Assembly: GCA_002104945.1 (NCBI GenBank)
Contig: MCFH01000056.1
Span: forward strand, 124,001 to 188,000
DNA length: 64,000 nt
Reading direction: 5' to 3'
Source: Piromyces finnis finn
Lineage: Eukaryota; Fungi; Neocallimastigomycota
The notes under the pieces are model-generated. The model did no database searches and had not been told where the DNA came from. It saw only the letters and a program-made list of their open reading frames with translations. Every line of letters begins with the position of its first letter. Positions within the stretch are counted from its first letter, which is position 1. The position numbers and the translations under genes are program-made. Positions 46,601 through 60,200 of this stretch are shown piece by piece.

Positions 46601-48605
46601 AGTTTGCCCACAAATATTTCAATTGAAACCATATATTCTGGTCACCATTTATTGGCCAGATATATGTATAACCATATATTAATGGTTATTAATTAAATAG
46701 GAAGTTTATTTGCTTTACCCAATCAAGTAGTAAAGAAAATAAACTAATATAGTTAAATAGTATAGTTAAAACTAACGTTAAATACTTTAGCGTTAGTATT
46801 AAAGTAAATTAATAGCTAAAATAATAATTAATGTATTATAATTATACTAAATAAATAAAAGATATAATTAAAACAATTATTTAAGTAACTTTATTTCATA
46901 ATAATATTTATATATACTTATAATTATTTTTGTGTTATAATATTTATTTTCTTTCTTTTATTATTTTTTATAAAACTTTATTTAGTTATTAACTCGTCTA
47001 GAGAGGTAATAACTAACTTAATTAACTAATTATATAACTTATTAACTAATTTTATAAAAAACACCTTTTACACTAGTATTCTTTACATCTACATTTAAAA
47101 TCATTGAAGAAGCAGAAAAAATTGATTATTTACTAGCAATAACTGCGAATGTGGCCAGAACAATTGTATATAATTCCTTAAACAAAAGCAGTCCAGATAA
47201 CTATGAGACAATTTTAAAGAATCTCAGTAAACATTACAAGGAAACATCTTCCAAGAATTCAAAAATCTTAGAACTCTCTTCTATTACAATAAAAAAAGAT
47301 GAAAGTATCTCTGAATTTGATTTAAGATTCACGGAATTATTAAATCAAATAAATAAAACCGTCACATTATCAGAATTAATTATAACGTCTTATTATATTA
47401 ATGCTTTCAGGAACTGGGAAAAAAATATATGAAAATCTTATGGAAGAAGAACCAACAACCCTAGAAGACGCCATGAAGATAACTTCGAAGAAAGAGAAGA
47501 TAATGAACCTAATGAAAGAAAATAAAGGAAAGGCAATACTCTCTGGAACAAACAAAGAAAAATTCAATAAATTAAATAAGTTTAGCAAACTTCAAGAAAA
47601 TACAGATCATAGTGAAATTATGTACAACACAAAGAATAAAACTAGTACATCTTATCTACTACCAAATACAAGTGACAACAATGATAGAATTAAGAAGATG
47701 TACAATAATAATCACAACATATATAGAAATTATAATAATAGTAACAGATATGTCTCTAATTTCAATAATCCAAATTACAGAATTTATAATAATGCACCAA
47801 AATATGATTATCCTAACAATAAAAACGGTTATAATAAATATTATCAAAATAACAACAACAATGATAATTTAAATAATAATTACAATAATGAACAAAGAAG
47901 TAATTATTATAATAGAAATCAATTCAATAACAGAATGGAAGAAAGAAGAAATATACTTAAAAATAATGCTGACAACAACGACGAAATTCAAGAGTTAACG
48001 CAAAAATTATCAGAACTTAAGATAAACTTCTGTGCAAATTGCTTAAGTATCGGTCATCAAGACTTCGAATGTCCTGAAAGTTATGATGAAGAAAATTATT
48101 TAAACTAATTGATGGGAGTATGCAATCTCCCTATATAAACAAAATTGCACATCCAAATCAAAATCTAAATACAATAAATGTGCTTCACAAAAATAAAAAC
48201 ACATCTATTAAACTATTAGATAAAAATAAAATAAGTAATACTAATAAATCAAAAATAAAACCTTCCATTTTGAACCAACCAAAAATTAATATATTAAAGC
48301 AAAAGAAGAAAGAAATCAGAGATAGAAGAAGAAGAATAATGGATATCGACTCAGAAGAAGAAAGTGAATATAATGAATACAATAATGATAACCAAAATGA
48401 AATAAGCTATGTTAAAGAAAGCAGAGAAGAAAATGACAACAAAAATAATAAGAATAACAAAACTAATGAAAATAAAATAAATGAGGAAAGCAATAAAAAT
48501 AATGGAGGCAATAAAGGAAACATTAATAGAAACGAGGAAAATAATGAAAGTAATGGAAATACAAAGATTAATAAAATAGAAGAAACTTCAAAAACTCTTA
48601 AACAG

Positions 48606-48961
48606 TGTAACGAAATATTATAATAATAAACACACACACTCTAATGTAATCAAATATATATTTTTAATAATGTTTATTTATTAAATTTATTATTATAATA
48701 CGACTAACTCGCTAGGTCAGTGTATTATCAAACTAAAGACGAAACAAAAAAATAATTTTTATTAATTATTAATAAAAACACTAAAGAACTATTTTATCTT
48801 TCTTATTCTCTCTTTTATACATGAAAATATTTTTTAATACAATTTGATAAGTGAACTAATTACTTAATGATTGGTTATAAAAATATAATTATGAAAATTT
48901 CATTAATCTAACCTTAATGATTTTCTAATCTAACCCTTATCATTAGATATACCTCATTACA
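48606..48961. mobile_element. Solo LTR, 356 bp
   Basis: TGTAACG...CATTACA; TSD AACAG at 48601-48605 and 48962-48966; interrupts I pol. Confidence 0.9.
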
Positions 48962-49337
48962 AACAGAAAGAAACTATTAAGGAAACACCAAATAATATAG
49001 AAAATAATAGTAAAAAAATGATAACTAAGAGGAATATGACAGAAATCCAAATGCTTAATAAAAATCAAAAGTTCAATATATTAAAGGAAGCTGATAACCT
49101 ATTTCCAAAAATAGGTTTATCACAATTATTAGCAGCCAGCCCAGCAATTAGAAAATAATTAGAAATAGGACTAAAACCAAGAGTAGAAAGAATTATTTGC
49201 AATATCACCAATACTTATATTCCAATAATTATAGGGGAAATCAATAACGTACCATTTAAAATATTATTTGATACTGGTGCTAATGTAAACATTATTACAA
49301 AAGAAGGATTAAGTAAAATTAAAAATATAAACATCTG

Positions 49338-49898
49338 TATCAGGAGTTTGTAGAATAGGTTGAATTATTTTAATATTAAATAAAGTTTGATAAAAATTTT
49401 AGGAAAGACAATAGTAAAAATTTATTAAAAATTTATTTAAGAGTTTTTTATTAATAATTTGAATTTAAAATTAAATTTGATTTTTTATTAACATTTAAAA
49501 GTGGACTTTTTTATAGGTCAAATAATAAAAGGTTTTATATAAAATTGAAAATAATTCTCAATTGAAGCTTAACTAATTATTTTTTCTTTAACTATTTATA
49601 CTAAAGCTTCAATTGAGGCTTTACAATTATTTTAATTTTTTATTAATAATAATTACTAATAATTACTAATTAAATAAAAATAATTAATAATAAAAATTAT
49701 AAAATTAATATTACTTCGAGAAGGTGTTATAATTCTTTTACTAAACTAAACTATTTATTCTTCTAAATTTTTCTATTTATTACTAATAACTAATTTATTA
49801 ATAATTAAGATTCTTCTACAAAAATTATTTTATTATTTATTATTAATTAAAGTTAATTATAACAAAAATTTCACTTAACATAATGTAACGTATTGATA
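49338..49898. mobile_element. 561-bp insertion with TATCA...TGATA termini (non-canonical solo LTR or MITE)
   Basis: TSD ATCTG at 49333-49337 and 49899-49903; removal restores NINICSTEEEL in the I protease. Confidence 0.85.
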
Positions 49899-52800
49899 AT
49901 CTGTAGTACAGAAGAAGAATTAACAATAAAACTAGCGGATGGAACTATAATCTTTACGAATAAATATACACCATTAAAAATAAGTATATATAATAATTTA
50001 AATATTAAAGAGAATTTTTATATTATTAATTATTATAATACCTTTTATGAAATAATCATTGGAAGAACAATTCAAAAGAAATATAGATTATTAATAGACC
50101 CTGATGATGATGCAATCTATAAAAAGAGCGAAGAAGGTTTAATAAAGATAACAAATATAATAAATAATAGACAAAATACACCACTATTAAACTCGGTTAT
50201 AGTAACGAAAGAAGAAGAAAAAGAATTTCAACAAACCATAGAAGAAATAATTGAAAGTGTACCTAACCCAGTACGGAAATAATTCAAAGAACTTATCATA
50301 AACAATCAAAAGTGTATGGCTACTTCATTATCACAATTAACAACCACAAAATTGGAACCACATACTATTACCACCACTTCGAACAAACCTATAAAATTAA
50401 AGCCATACAAACTTTCGAAAGATCATTCAGATATATTGAAAAAGGAAATAATATCTTTATTAGACAAAGGATTGATTGAGCCATCGCACTCGCCATGGTC
50501 ATTTCCAGTTCTACTAGTTAAGAAAAAGAATGGAAAATGGAGAATGTGCATAGATTACAGGAAACTAAACAACATTACCATAAAAGATTCCTATGCACTC
50601 CCATTTATAGATGAACTTGTCTCTTCAGTAAAAGGTGCGAAAATATTCTCTGCATTAGATCTATTTTCAGGGTATCACCAAATACCTATGAATAAGGAAG
50701 ACATCGAGAAAACAGCCTTCACAACTAAATTCGGGAACTACAATTTCTTAGTGATGCCCTTTGGTCTAACCAATGCACCGGCATCATTCCAAAGAGAAAT
50801 GAACAGAATACTTTTGCCCTTAATTGGCAAATGTTTATTTGTTTATATTGATGATATAGTAATATATTCCAAAAATCTAAAAGAACACATTTGTCATTTA
50901 AAACAGGTATTCGAAATATTTTCTACATATAATTTATCTATTAACCTTCAAAAGTGTTATTTTTTTAAAGATAAAGTAGAAGTATTAGGTCATGTATTCA
51001 GAAGGTTTGAAAACATCGCCATCCAAAGTCCAAAGTATTGCCCTATGGGAAAAACCAAGAAACATCTCAGAACTTAGATCCTTCTTAGGTATTGTTAGCT
51101 ACTATAGAAAATTCATTAAAAACTTTTCAATAAGAGCCAGTCCTCTATTTAAACTCCTCAAGAAAAATGTAGATTACATATGGACAGAAGAATGTAACAA
51201 CGCATTTGAAGATTTAAGACACTGCCTATTAGTGGATCCTATTTTAATTTATCCAGATTTCAATAAACATTTTATAGTCAGAACAGACGCTTCAACTAAA
51301 GGTATCGGGGGTGTTCTTTTGCAAATGGAGGAAGATAAATTGGAACATCCAATTTATTGTGTAAGCAGGTCTTTAAAGCCATGTGAAGAAAATTATTCAG
51401 TAACAGAATTAGAAGGTTTAGCTTTAATTTACTGTTTAAAAAAGTTTAGTCCATATATTATTAGTAATAAAAATGAAACCATTTTCATCACTGACCACAA
51501 ACCATTAATTGGATTTTTCAACAAAAATGTACCAACTAAAGGAAGAATTGCAAAATGGATAGAAGAAATAAATAAATACAATATTTCAATAAAATACGAA
51601 AAAGGAAAAAGAAATGTATTTGCAGATGCCTTATCAAGACTACCATCAAAAGGAAATGAAGGTATTATAAATAGTATCAACGCTATCTTGAATGACATTA
51701 ATCCAAAAGATTTAGATATCCCAGAAGGTATAATTAAATATTTTAATAAAAATTATAAAGTTTTAGACAATACATTATATTTTGTAAAAGACGATAAGTT
51801 TTTGAAAGTTATCCAGAATGAGAGTGATAAAAAAGACATTATAAACAAAGCACACAACATAGGACATGAAGATTCAAATAAAACTACTAGAAGAATTATG
51901 GATTCGTATTATTGGCCTGGAATATGGAACGATGTAAAAATGTGGATAAAATCATGCAAGAAATGTCAACTCTTCAGACCAAAACCACAACCAAAATATA
52001 CAGAAGACCATATCACACCAGTGGAAAAACCATTTACAAGAGTTGGACTAGATATAATCGGTCCACTTCCAACTACCAGATCAGGTAATAGTTACATAAT
52101 AACTTTAGTAGATTATTTCACAAAATGGCCTGAAGCCAAAGCAATCCCAAATACTAAATCAGAAGAAATTATTAAATTTTTAACAGAAGTAATATCTCGA
52201 CATGGTCCACCAGAATTAATAATAACTGATAATGGAAGTTTATTTATTTCGGACGTAACTAAGATGATGATAGATTTATACGGATCATGGGTACACTATG
52301 TATCACCACATCACCCACCTTCAAATGGAATGATAGAAAATCGCAATCGGGAAATAGGTAAGATATTAAGAATGTTAATAGAAGATGAACAGGATTGGGA
52401 TGAGTGCCTACCATCAGTATTATGAGCACTAAGAACCACAAAAAGCACTAAAACAAAGTTTAGTAGCTTCGAATTATTATATGGAAGACGAGATACGTGG
52501 CCTATGGAAATTATGTTTCCAGACTTATATAAAGAACCACAAGAAACTGAAGAAGAGTACAATTTTAGAAGATTTTTAAGATACTACAAATGGGTAAAAG
52601 AAGTAATGGAATACTCTGATTACGCAAATAAATACTGGGAACATCGAATTGGATTTTCCAAAGTACTTAAAAAGAAATATAAAGAAGGAGATTACGTAAT
52701 GATAAAATTAATCAATAGAACTAAACTGCAACCCTATTTTTATGGACCATTCAAAGTTGTAAAGAAACCACAATACAATACTGTCGTTTTAGAAGACCCA

Positions 52801-53435
52801 CAAACTGGAAAACTTTTAGCAAGAAACGTTCATATCAAAAATATCTATCCCTACACAATAAGAGAGGAATCTTTAGGAACTTCAAGGGACGAAGTTCATT
52901 CTTAAAGAAGGGAGAAATTGATATACATTGGAATTAATAAATATGAAATTATAATCTTGATATAAACTAACCCTCAAAACAACTTAAAAATAAATAATAA
53001 TAGTAATAATATTTAAATGTTTAATTAAAAGTATAAAAATTATATATTAAAACTCAGTTTAAATTATATTTTTGTTATAAAATAAACATAGTATAAATAA
53101 CATTTTAAATAGTAAAATAGTGTTATATTAATTAAATTAATTACTTTAAAATAAATTGTTTCTTTTATTTATTATTCATTATTATTTTAAAACATATTAA
53201 TATTTTATTTTAAAAAGTTAAAACAGAAAGAAAATTATAAATACATGTAATTATTTCCTAATTTAAAAATCAATCAATACTTTTAATAAATTTATTAAAT
53301 AAAGAGTTGATTCAAAAATATATTTTAAAATTGTGTTTTTAAAACATAACTTTTATATTTTGTTAATAATCGTTATGTTGAATTAAAATATTTCAAATAA
53401 CTTTATAATAAAAATTTATTTTAAATCTTAATAGT

Positions 53436-53615
53436 ACATGAAGGGATGTATAAAACTTACAATAGATTAAAAAAATGTTATTATTGGAAAAATATGAAAC
53501 AGGATATTCAAAATTTTATTAGATGTTGTCATCGTTGCCAAACCTGCCGACCACAAGCATTAAACAAATTCTCAGAATGTATAGCTACCGTTCCTGGATA
53601 TCCGTTCTCAAGAGT
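53436..53615 (+). pseudogene. Inverted integrase zinc-finger fragment
   Basis: HEGMYKTYNRLKKCYYW...CHRCQTCRPQ...PFSRV; abuts the minus-strand RH of D. Confidence 0.8.
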
Positions 53616-54228
53616 TACCGGTAATAAAAGGTTTAAATTTACGAACGCAATGGTATACAGCTTTTCCTTCCAAATCAGTGATACTGTAATTGTATTCAGC
53701 TGAGGTAAGTGTTCTACTTTCATAATTAATAGGTACTTCAAAATTAACATCATTTAATTGAATTAACACACCTCCTAAACCATCTCTAGAAGCATCTGTC
53801 CTAATGATAAAAGGTTTAGAATAGTCCGGAGGAGATAGTATAGGTGCAGTGGTAATCCGGGATTTTAATTCACTAAATGCAGAGTCACACAAATCAGTCC
53901 AATTAAAGGTAACATCTTTCTTCAGAAGTTCGAAGAGCGGTTTAGCAATCTGAGCAAAATTTTTTATAAATTTACGATAGTATCCAATAGCTCCGAGAAA
54001 CGATTTTAGTTGAGTAACATTCTTAGGTGGTAGCCAGTTAACGATAACCTTAATTTTATCTGGGATAGGAGAAATACCCTGAGTGGAAAATATATGGCCT
54101 AATAGTTTTACTTCTGTTTTAAAAAAAGTACATTTTTCAATATTAATTTTTAAATTATTATTATTTAAAATTTGAAAAACTTTAGATAAATGTTTGAGAT
54201 GTGATTCATAGGAATCCGAAAATATAAT

Positions 54229-57200
54229 TGTAAAGTCAGACACTAAACCGAATAGATTAGGATATCTAACCTATTACAATAACACAAAAATTTGAAAAAT
54301 AGAATAAAAAATTGTTTTATAAAATATCTTTTATTATAATAGAATTTTAATAATAACAATTACATCGATAAAATGATGAAAAATATCTTCTATTTATATT
54401 TTTCCTAAATACATTTATATTATATTATAGCTATTTATTTCTTATATATTATTATTTAAAATCTACACTAAAATCTTAATTATTAATAAATATTTAAACT
54501 ATAACTATTTTTAGTAAAATACAATTGGCAATTCAAATTAAGTACCATTTAATTTGAATATGTGCCCATGTATTATTGATATATTAATCATTTATTATTT
54601 ATCTATTTCTATAAAAAAACAATACTAAAACTAGGGATTTAAATTGAGAATATTAATTTACTTGTTAAACATTAAAAATAAATTAATAATTTATTTTGTT
54701 TTAAACTTTAATTATTAATAAATAAATTATGTCTCATTTTCTTTTTCTGAATATAATTTGTGTAACTTAAACAATAATACTTGTGGCTTAAGTTACATTA
54801 AAGATATCAAACAGAGGCGTTTGATGTCTTTACAATCTCTCTCTCTAAGTCGAGCTCCTGCGAGATTAATTTATAAGGAATCTTTTCTCGAAGGAATTTC
54901 AATTACAAATGGTTGGTATCTGTGCTTGATTAGATTACCACCTTTATTCTTTCTTATTCTCATGGAGGAGTCATCCAACTTATGTTTTGACTTTTTAGAG
55001 TTTCTTTCGAACTCTTGTATTAATTGTTTGTCCGGGATCTGATCTTCAGAAACCCAAGTGGATTTGTCAAATCCTTTCCACGATAACTTATAAAATGTCT
55101 CACCATTAACAGATTTCATCTTCTCAATTTTTTCTGGAATTTTTTCAATTAAATCTGTGTTAAGATGAATATTTCTTTTCCTACTATTAGACCTATCTAT
55201 AAACTCGTTTTCAAAGTATGGTTCTAACAATGAGACATGAAAGACTGGATGACATCTCATTGTCTTTGGGAGTTTCAATTTAAAAGCGAGAGAACTAACT
55301 TTTCCAATTATTTCAAATGGACCAAGCATTTGAGGTGCTAATTTCTTCTTCAAGTTAGTTCTCGGAGAATCTTTCAATAACCATACCTTCTTTCCCACTT
55401 CAAATTCCGGGGGACTTATTCTTTTCATATCGGCATATTTCTTATATGTTTCTTTTGCTTTTTCTAAGTTTCCTTTTAATAATTTAAAGTTTTCACTCAT
55501 ATCAATTACTCTTTGTTCAGCTCTACTAGGTCTATCATTAGCCGGGATTTCCAAGCTGAACTTTGGATGAAAACCATAATTAGCAAAGAATGGGGATTGA
55601 TTTATAGATTGCTGTAAAGTATTATTATAAGCAAATTCAGCAAATGGGATAAGATCAACCCAGTTATTCTGCTTTTTATTGATAAAACAACGGAAATATT
55701 GTTCTAATATGCCGTTCACCCTCTCCGTTTGACCATCTGTCTGCGGATGGTTAGCAGTTGACAATGAATGATTGATATTAAGAAGGTCACAAAGTCTTGA
55801 CCAGAAATCAGAAGTAAATTGCGAGCCTCTATCAGAAATAATGGAATTAGGAAGACCATGCAAACGGAAGACATTGGCAATAAAAGCATCAGCAGCAATT
55901 GAAGCAGTAGGAAGACAACGTAAAGGAATGGCGTGAGCAAATTTAGTAAATCTATCGACAACAACCATAAGTGTAGTCATATCTCTGGACTTAGGAAGAT
56001 CAACAATAAAGTCGATAGAGATATCAGACCAAGGCCTACTAGGAGTGTCCAAAGGGGATAACAATCCATAAGGCTTATGTCTAGGGACTTTGGATTTGCA
56101 ACAAGTCACGCAAGATTTAATAAAGGATTTAACATCTGAATGAAATCTTGGCCACCAAAAGTTTCTTGAAATAAGTTCGACAGTTTTCTTAATGCCGAAA
56201 TGGCCAGCAGCAACAGAATCATGATGGAGTTCCAAAACTCTAGTCCTAAGAGATTTAGGAACATAAATAAGATTATTAAATAACAAAAATCCTTCACCGT
56301 CCATAATAACTTTATCAATATTTTTAATAGGTGCATTACTTGTAGAACCATTCATTTTAAATTGAACAATGGAATTATACAAATCGTCATTTTTAAGTTC
56401 TGATAAAATAGAATCTATTAAAGGTTTGTTATCACTATGATGAAGCGAAATAGTAAGACAAGAAACATCAGAGTTAATAACATTCACTAAATGATCACTT
56501 CTACGAGACAGAATGTCAGGCTTACCAGATTTCTTACCAGCTCTATAAATGAGTTTAAAGTCAAATCTGGATAAGAACAAATTCCATCTAATTTGTCTCT
56601 GAGATAACATTTCAGGTTTTCTAGGAAATGTTAAGTTCTTGTGATCGGTATAAATTATGAACTGATGGCGTGCACCCTCTAAGTAATGACGCCATTCTTC
56701 AAGTGCAACTATAATGGCTAACAGTTCCTTGTCATATATAGGATAGTTTCTTTGACAACTCGTCAAACTTTTAGAAAGAAATGCAATGGGATGTAATTTG
56801 CCGTCAAACTCTTGAGAGAGAATAGCACCGACAGCATAATTACTAGCATCAGTTTCAACAATAAATTGTTTATTACTATCCGCATGTTTCAGAATAGGAG
56901 CTGACGTGAACAAAGTTTTTAATAAATTAAAAGCGTCCTGATCTTCTTTCACCCAGTTAAAAGCAACATTTTTTCTAGTGAGCTTGTGAAGAGGGTTTGC
57001 AATTTTAGCAAAGTCTTTAATAAAAATTCTGTAATAGTTGCATAAACCAATAAAAGACTGAACCTCTTTAACATTCTTGGGAACCGGCCAATCGAGAATT
57101 GCTTTAACTTTATTTTCATCCATTTGCAACCCATCTTTTGAAATGACATAACCAAGAAAAGTGGTTTTCTTAACATCAAACTCACATTTTTCTAATTTAA

Positions 57201-60200
57201 CATAAAGATTATTTTCGAGTAGTTTCTTAAGTACCTTTTTAACATGCTCGTGATGCTCTTCGATATTATTAGAATAAATAAGGATATCATCAATATATGA
57301 GATAACAAAATCATCTAAATAATCACTAAGAACATCGTTAATAAAGTGTTGAAAGGTTGCGGGTGCATTCTTTAATCCAAAAGGCATAACCAGATATTCA
57401 AAATGACCATACCTAGTACGAAAAGCCGTTTTGTATTCATCACCTTCTTTAATACGAACAAGATTATAAGCGGATTTAAGGTCTAGTTTGGTAAAAATCT
57501 TAGCATTTTTCACCCTATCCAAAAGGTCACTTATTAAAGGTAAAGGATATGAATTACGAATTGTAATATCATTCAACCTTCTATAATCAATACAAAGTCT
57601 TAAGGAACCGTCCTTCTTTTTAACAAACAAAATTGGGGCACCAGCAGGAGACGATGATTTCCTAATGAAACCTTTATTTAAATTTTCATCTATATACTTT
57701 TTAAGTTCCTCTCTTTCAACTTCAGTTAATGGATACAATGGTCCATAAAATAAAGTTGAATCATCCTTAAGCTTGATTTCACAATCATAAGGTCTATGAG
57801 GAGGTAACACTTCACAATTTTTTTCATTAAACACTTCACTAAATTCTAAATATTGGGTTGGTACGGAGACCAATTTATCTTTATTAATATACTTTTCATT
57901 ATTATTATTATTATTACTACATGATTCATTATTATTATTACATGTTTCATTAATTTTCGTTACAATACATTTAACTTTTTTATTAAAACTAATATATTCC
58001 TCATCGTTATCATCTTCATCATTAATGGTTCTAACAAGGCGGCCTTTAATATACTCCTTTTCTTCAGGGTTTTTTAAAGGGGCTGTAGAGACAGATTTTA
58101 CTGTTTTAGTTAAACTTCGGTCAAGAACATCATGATCTAGCTGGCTTTTTTGAGACTTCTTTCTTTGCTTCCTTCTTCTTTTACCTTGGTTACAGTGTCT
58201 AGCACAATAACCGGAACTAAAAGCAATTTTCTTAGGATCATAAAAAGCTTCAGGATTATGCTTTTTGATCCAAGGTAACCCAAGAATAACATCAACTCCA
58301 GGAACCTTTAAGCTATACAGCTGAATAACTTCATAATGGTTCCTATATCTTAGCATACATTTCTCCGACTTTTCCCAGACTCTGGAAATTCCATCATTGA
58401 CTCCGGAAACACGGAATGGGTCAATATTCTCAAATTTAATGCCAAGATCCTCAGCAATATCCGGGTTAATAAAATTTAACTCGGAACCAGAATCAATCAA
58501 CACCTTGATTTTTGCTTCGGGGACCTCGTTAGTACTTAAATAAAAGTCAATAAAATTCAAATCATCTTTTTTGTCCATTACTCCTACTTTATAAATTTTT
58601 GGTTCAACAATCTTAGGAGTTTTTTCTTTAATTATTCTAAAAACCTTCTTGGGTTTTACTCTATTTGGACAATTAAATTTAAAATGTCCAGGTTTTTTAC
58701 ACAAAAAACAAACCCCCTTTCTCCTTTCTTCTTCAAACGTTCTTGGGCTCTCATCATAATTATTACTAGTTCCTTGAATATTTACATAACGTTTACGCTT
58801 CTTATCAGCACTAATTCTAAAAACGTCAACATCCATAGGATCATTAGCCCTTCTATTATTAAAATAAAACTCACTCAAAGAATTCCTTTTCATCATATCT
58901 TCAACTAATATTGTTGAGGATATTAAATGTTCCATAGATGACGGGTTTGTTTCGACAAACGCCAATTTCTCTCTAAGTAATGGATTTAAACCTTTCAGAA
59001 ACATATAGATCTTAGCACTTTCGTTAAAGTTGGAATTTTGGCTAACTCGTTGAAACTCGGTGATATAATCAACTACTTGACCAAGTTTTCTTTGTCTAAT
59101 GTTATCGAGTTTACCGTTTGCAACAACAGTGTCATATCGATCACTACCGAAATTAGCTCTGAGGCGATCTATAAATTCATCATAATGGTTCAATACATTA
59201 CTATTATTCCTCATAAGCGATGATGCCCATTCCAGGGGTCTACCAGAGAAGTAGGAAATAACGAAATCAACCCGAACGCGATCTGTATTATACAGTGCCG
59301 GTCGAGTTCGAAATACCAATTCTACTCTAGTTAAAAACCCATCTAAATCTCTATGTCTACCAGTAAACAACGGAGGAGCATTGATAATGTTCCCTGGATT
59401 TACTGTAGAACCACCACCTCTTTCTTCCATTTCTTCTAAATTTAAATTATCAAAAGTATTAATTAATTCCTCCAACTCTAATACAAAAACACATAAAATT
59501 AAAATTAAGTAAAATAACGAGGGTTTCTTACTATTATTTCAAGTAAGTAAATTTTTTTTTTTTTTTTTTTTTTTTTTCGTCTTCTAACAATAAGTTAATA
59601 AGTTATTACAGACTCTCTCTGTATAATTACAGTGTCGAACAAGTTATTAACTAATGTTAATTCCAAACTTCAGCCGTAGTAATAGTCCTTTTCAAATACG
59701 AATTATTCGGTGAAGCGTTCCGATTGATTAAAGTATTCTTGTAGTCCGGTAGAATATCCCAAAGTTCTTGATAATCTTCCTTAGGTAGCCTTAGCAAAAT
59801 ATTCAAAAATTTCTTCTATTTCTTCAAGTAGAGTTTTCCAAAAAGTTCTTATATTTCTTCTAGTAGAATTCTTCTATTTGTCCTAGTAGAATCTTCCCAA
59901 AAGTTCTTCTATTTCTTCTTGATACCCTAACGTATTCGTAACTATCTGTTTAGGTAATTGTTATTGTAAAGTCAGACACTAAACCGAATAGATTAGGATA
60001 TCTAACCTATTACAATAACACAAAAATTTGAAAAATAGAATAAAAAATTGTTTTATAAAATATCTTTTATTATAATAGAATTTTAATAATAACAATTACA
60101 TCGATAAAATGATGAAAAATATCTTCTATTTATATTTTTCCTAAATACATTTATATTATATTATAGCTATTTATTTCTTATATATTATTATTTAAAATCT

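Larger units (their letters stand above)
47100..53430 (+). mobile_element. Decayed non-chromoviral gypsy element I (5' LTR not found)
   Basis: gag 47151-48108 (frameshifted); -1 slippery site; LFDTGANVNII; YIDDIVIYS; RTDAS; GLDIIG/ITDNG/ENRN; GPF; PPT AAAGAAGGGAGAAA; 3' LTR starts TGATAT at 52919, right end unclear. Confidence 0.88.
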
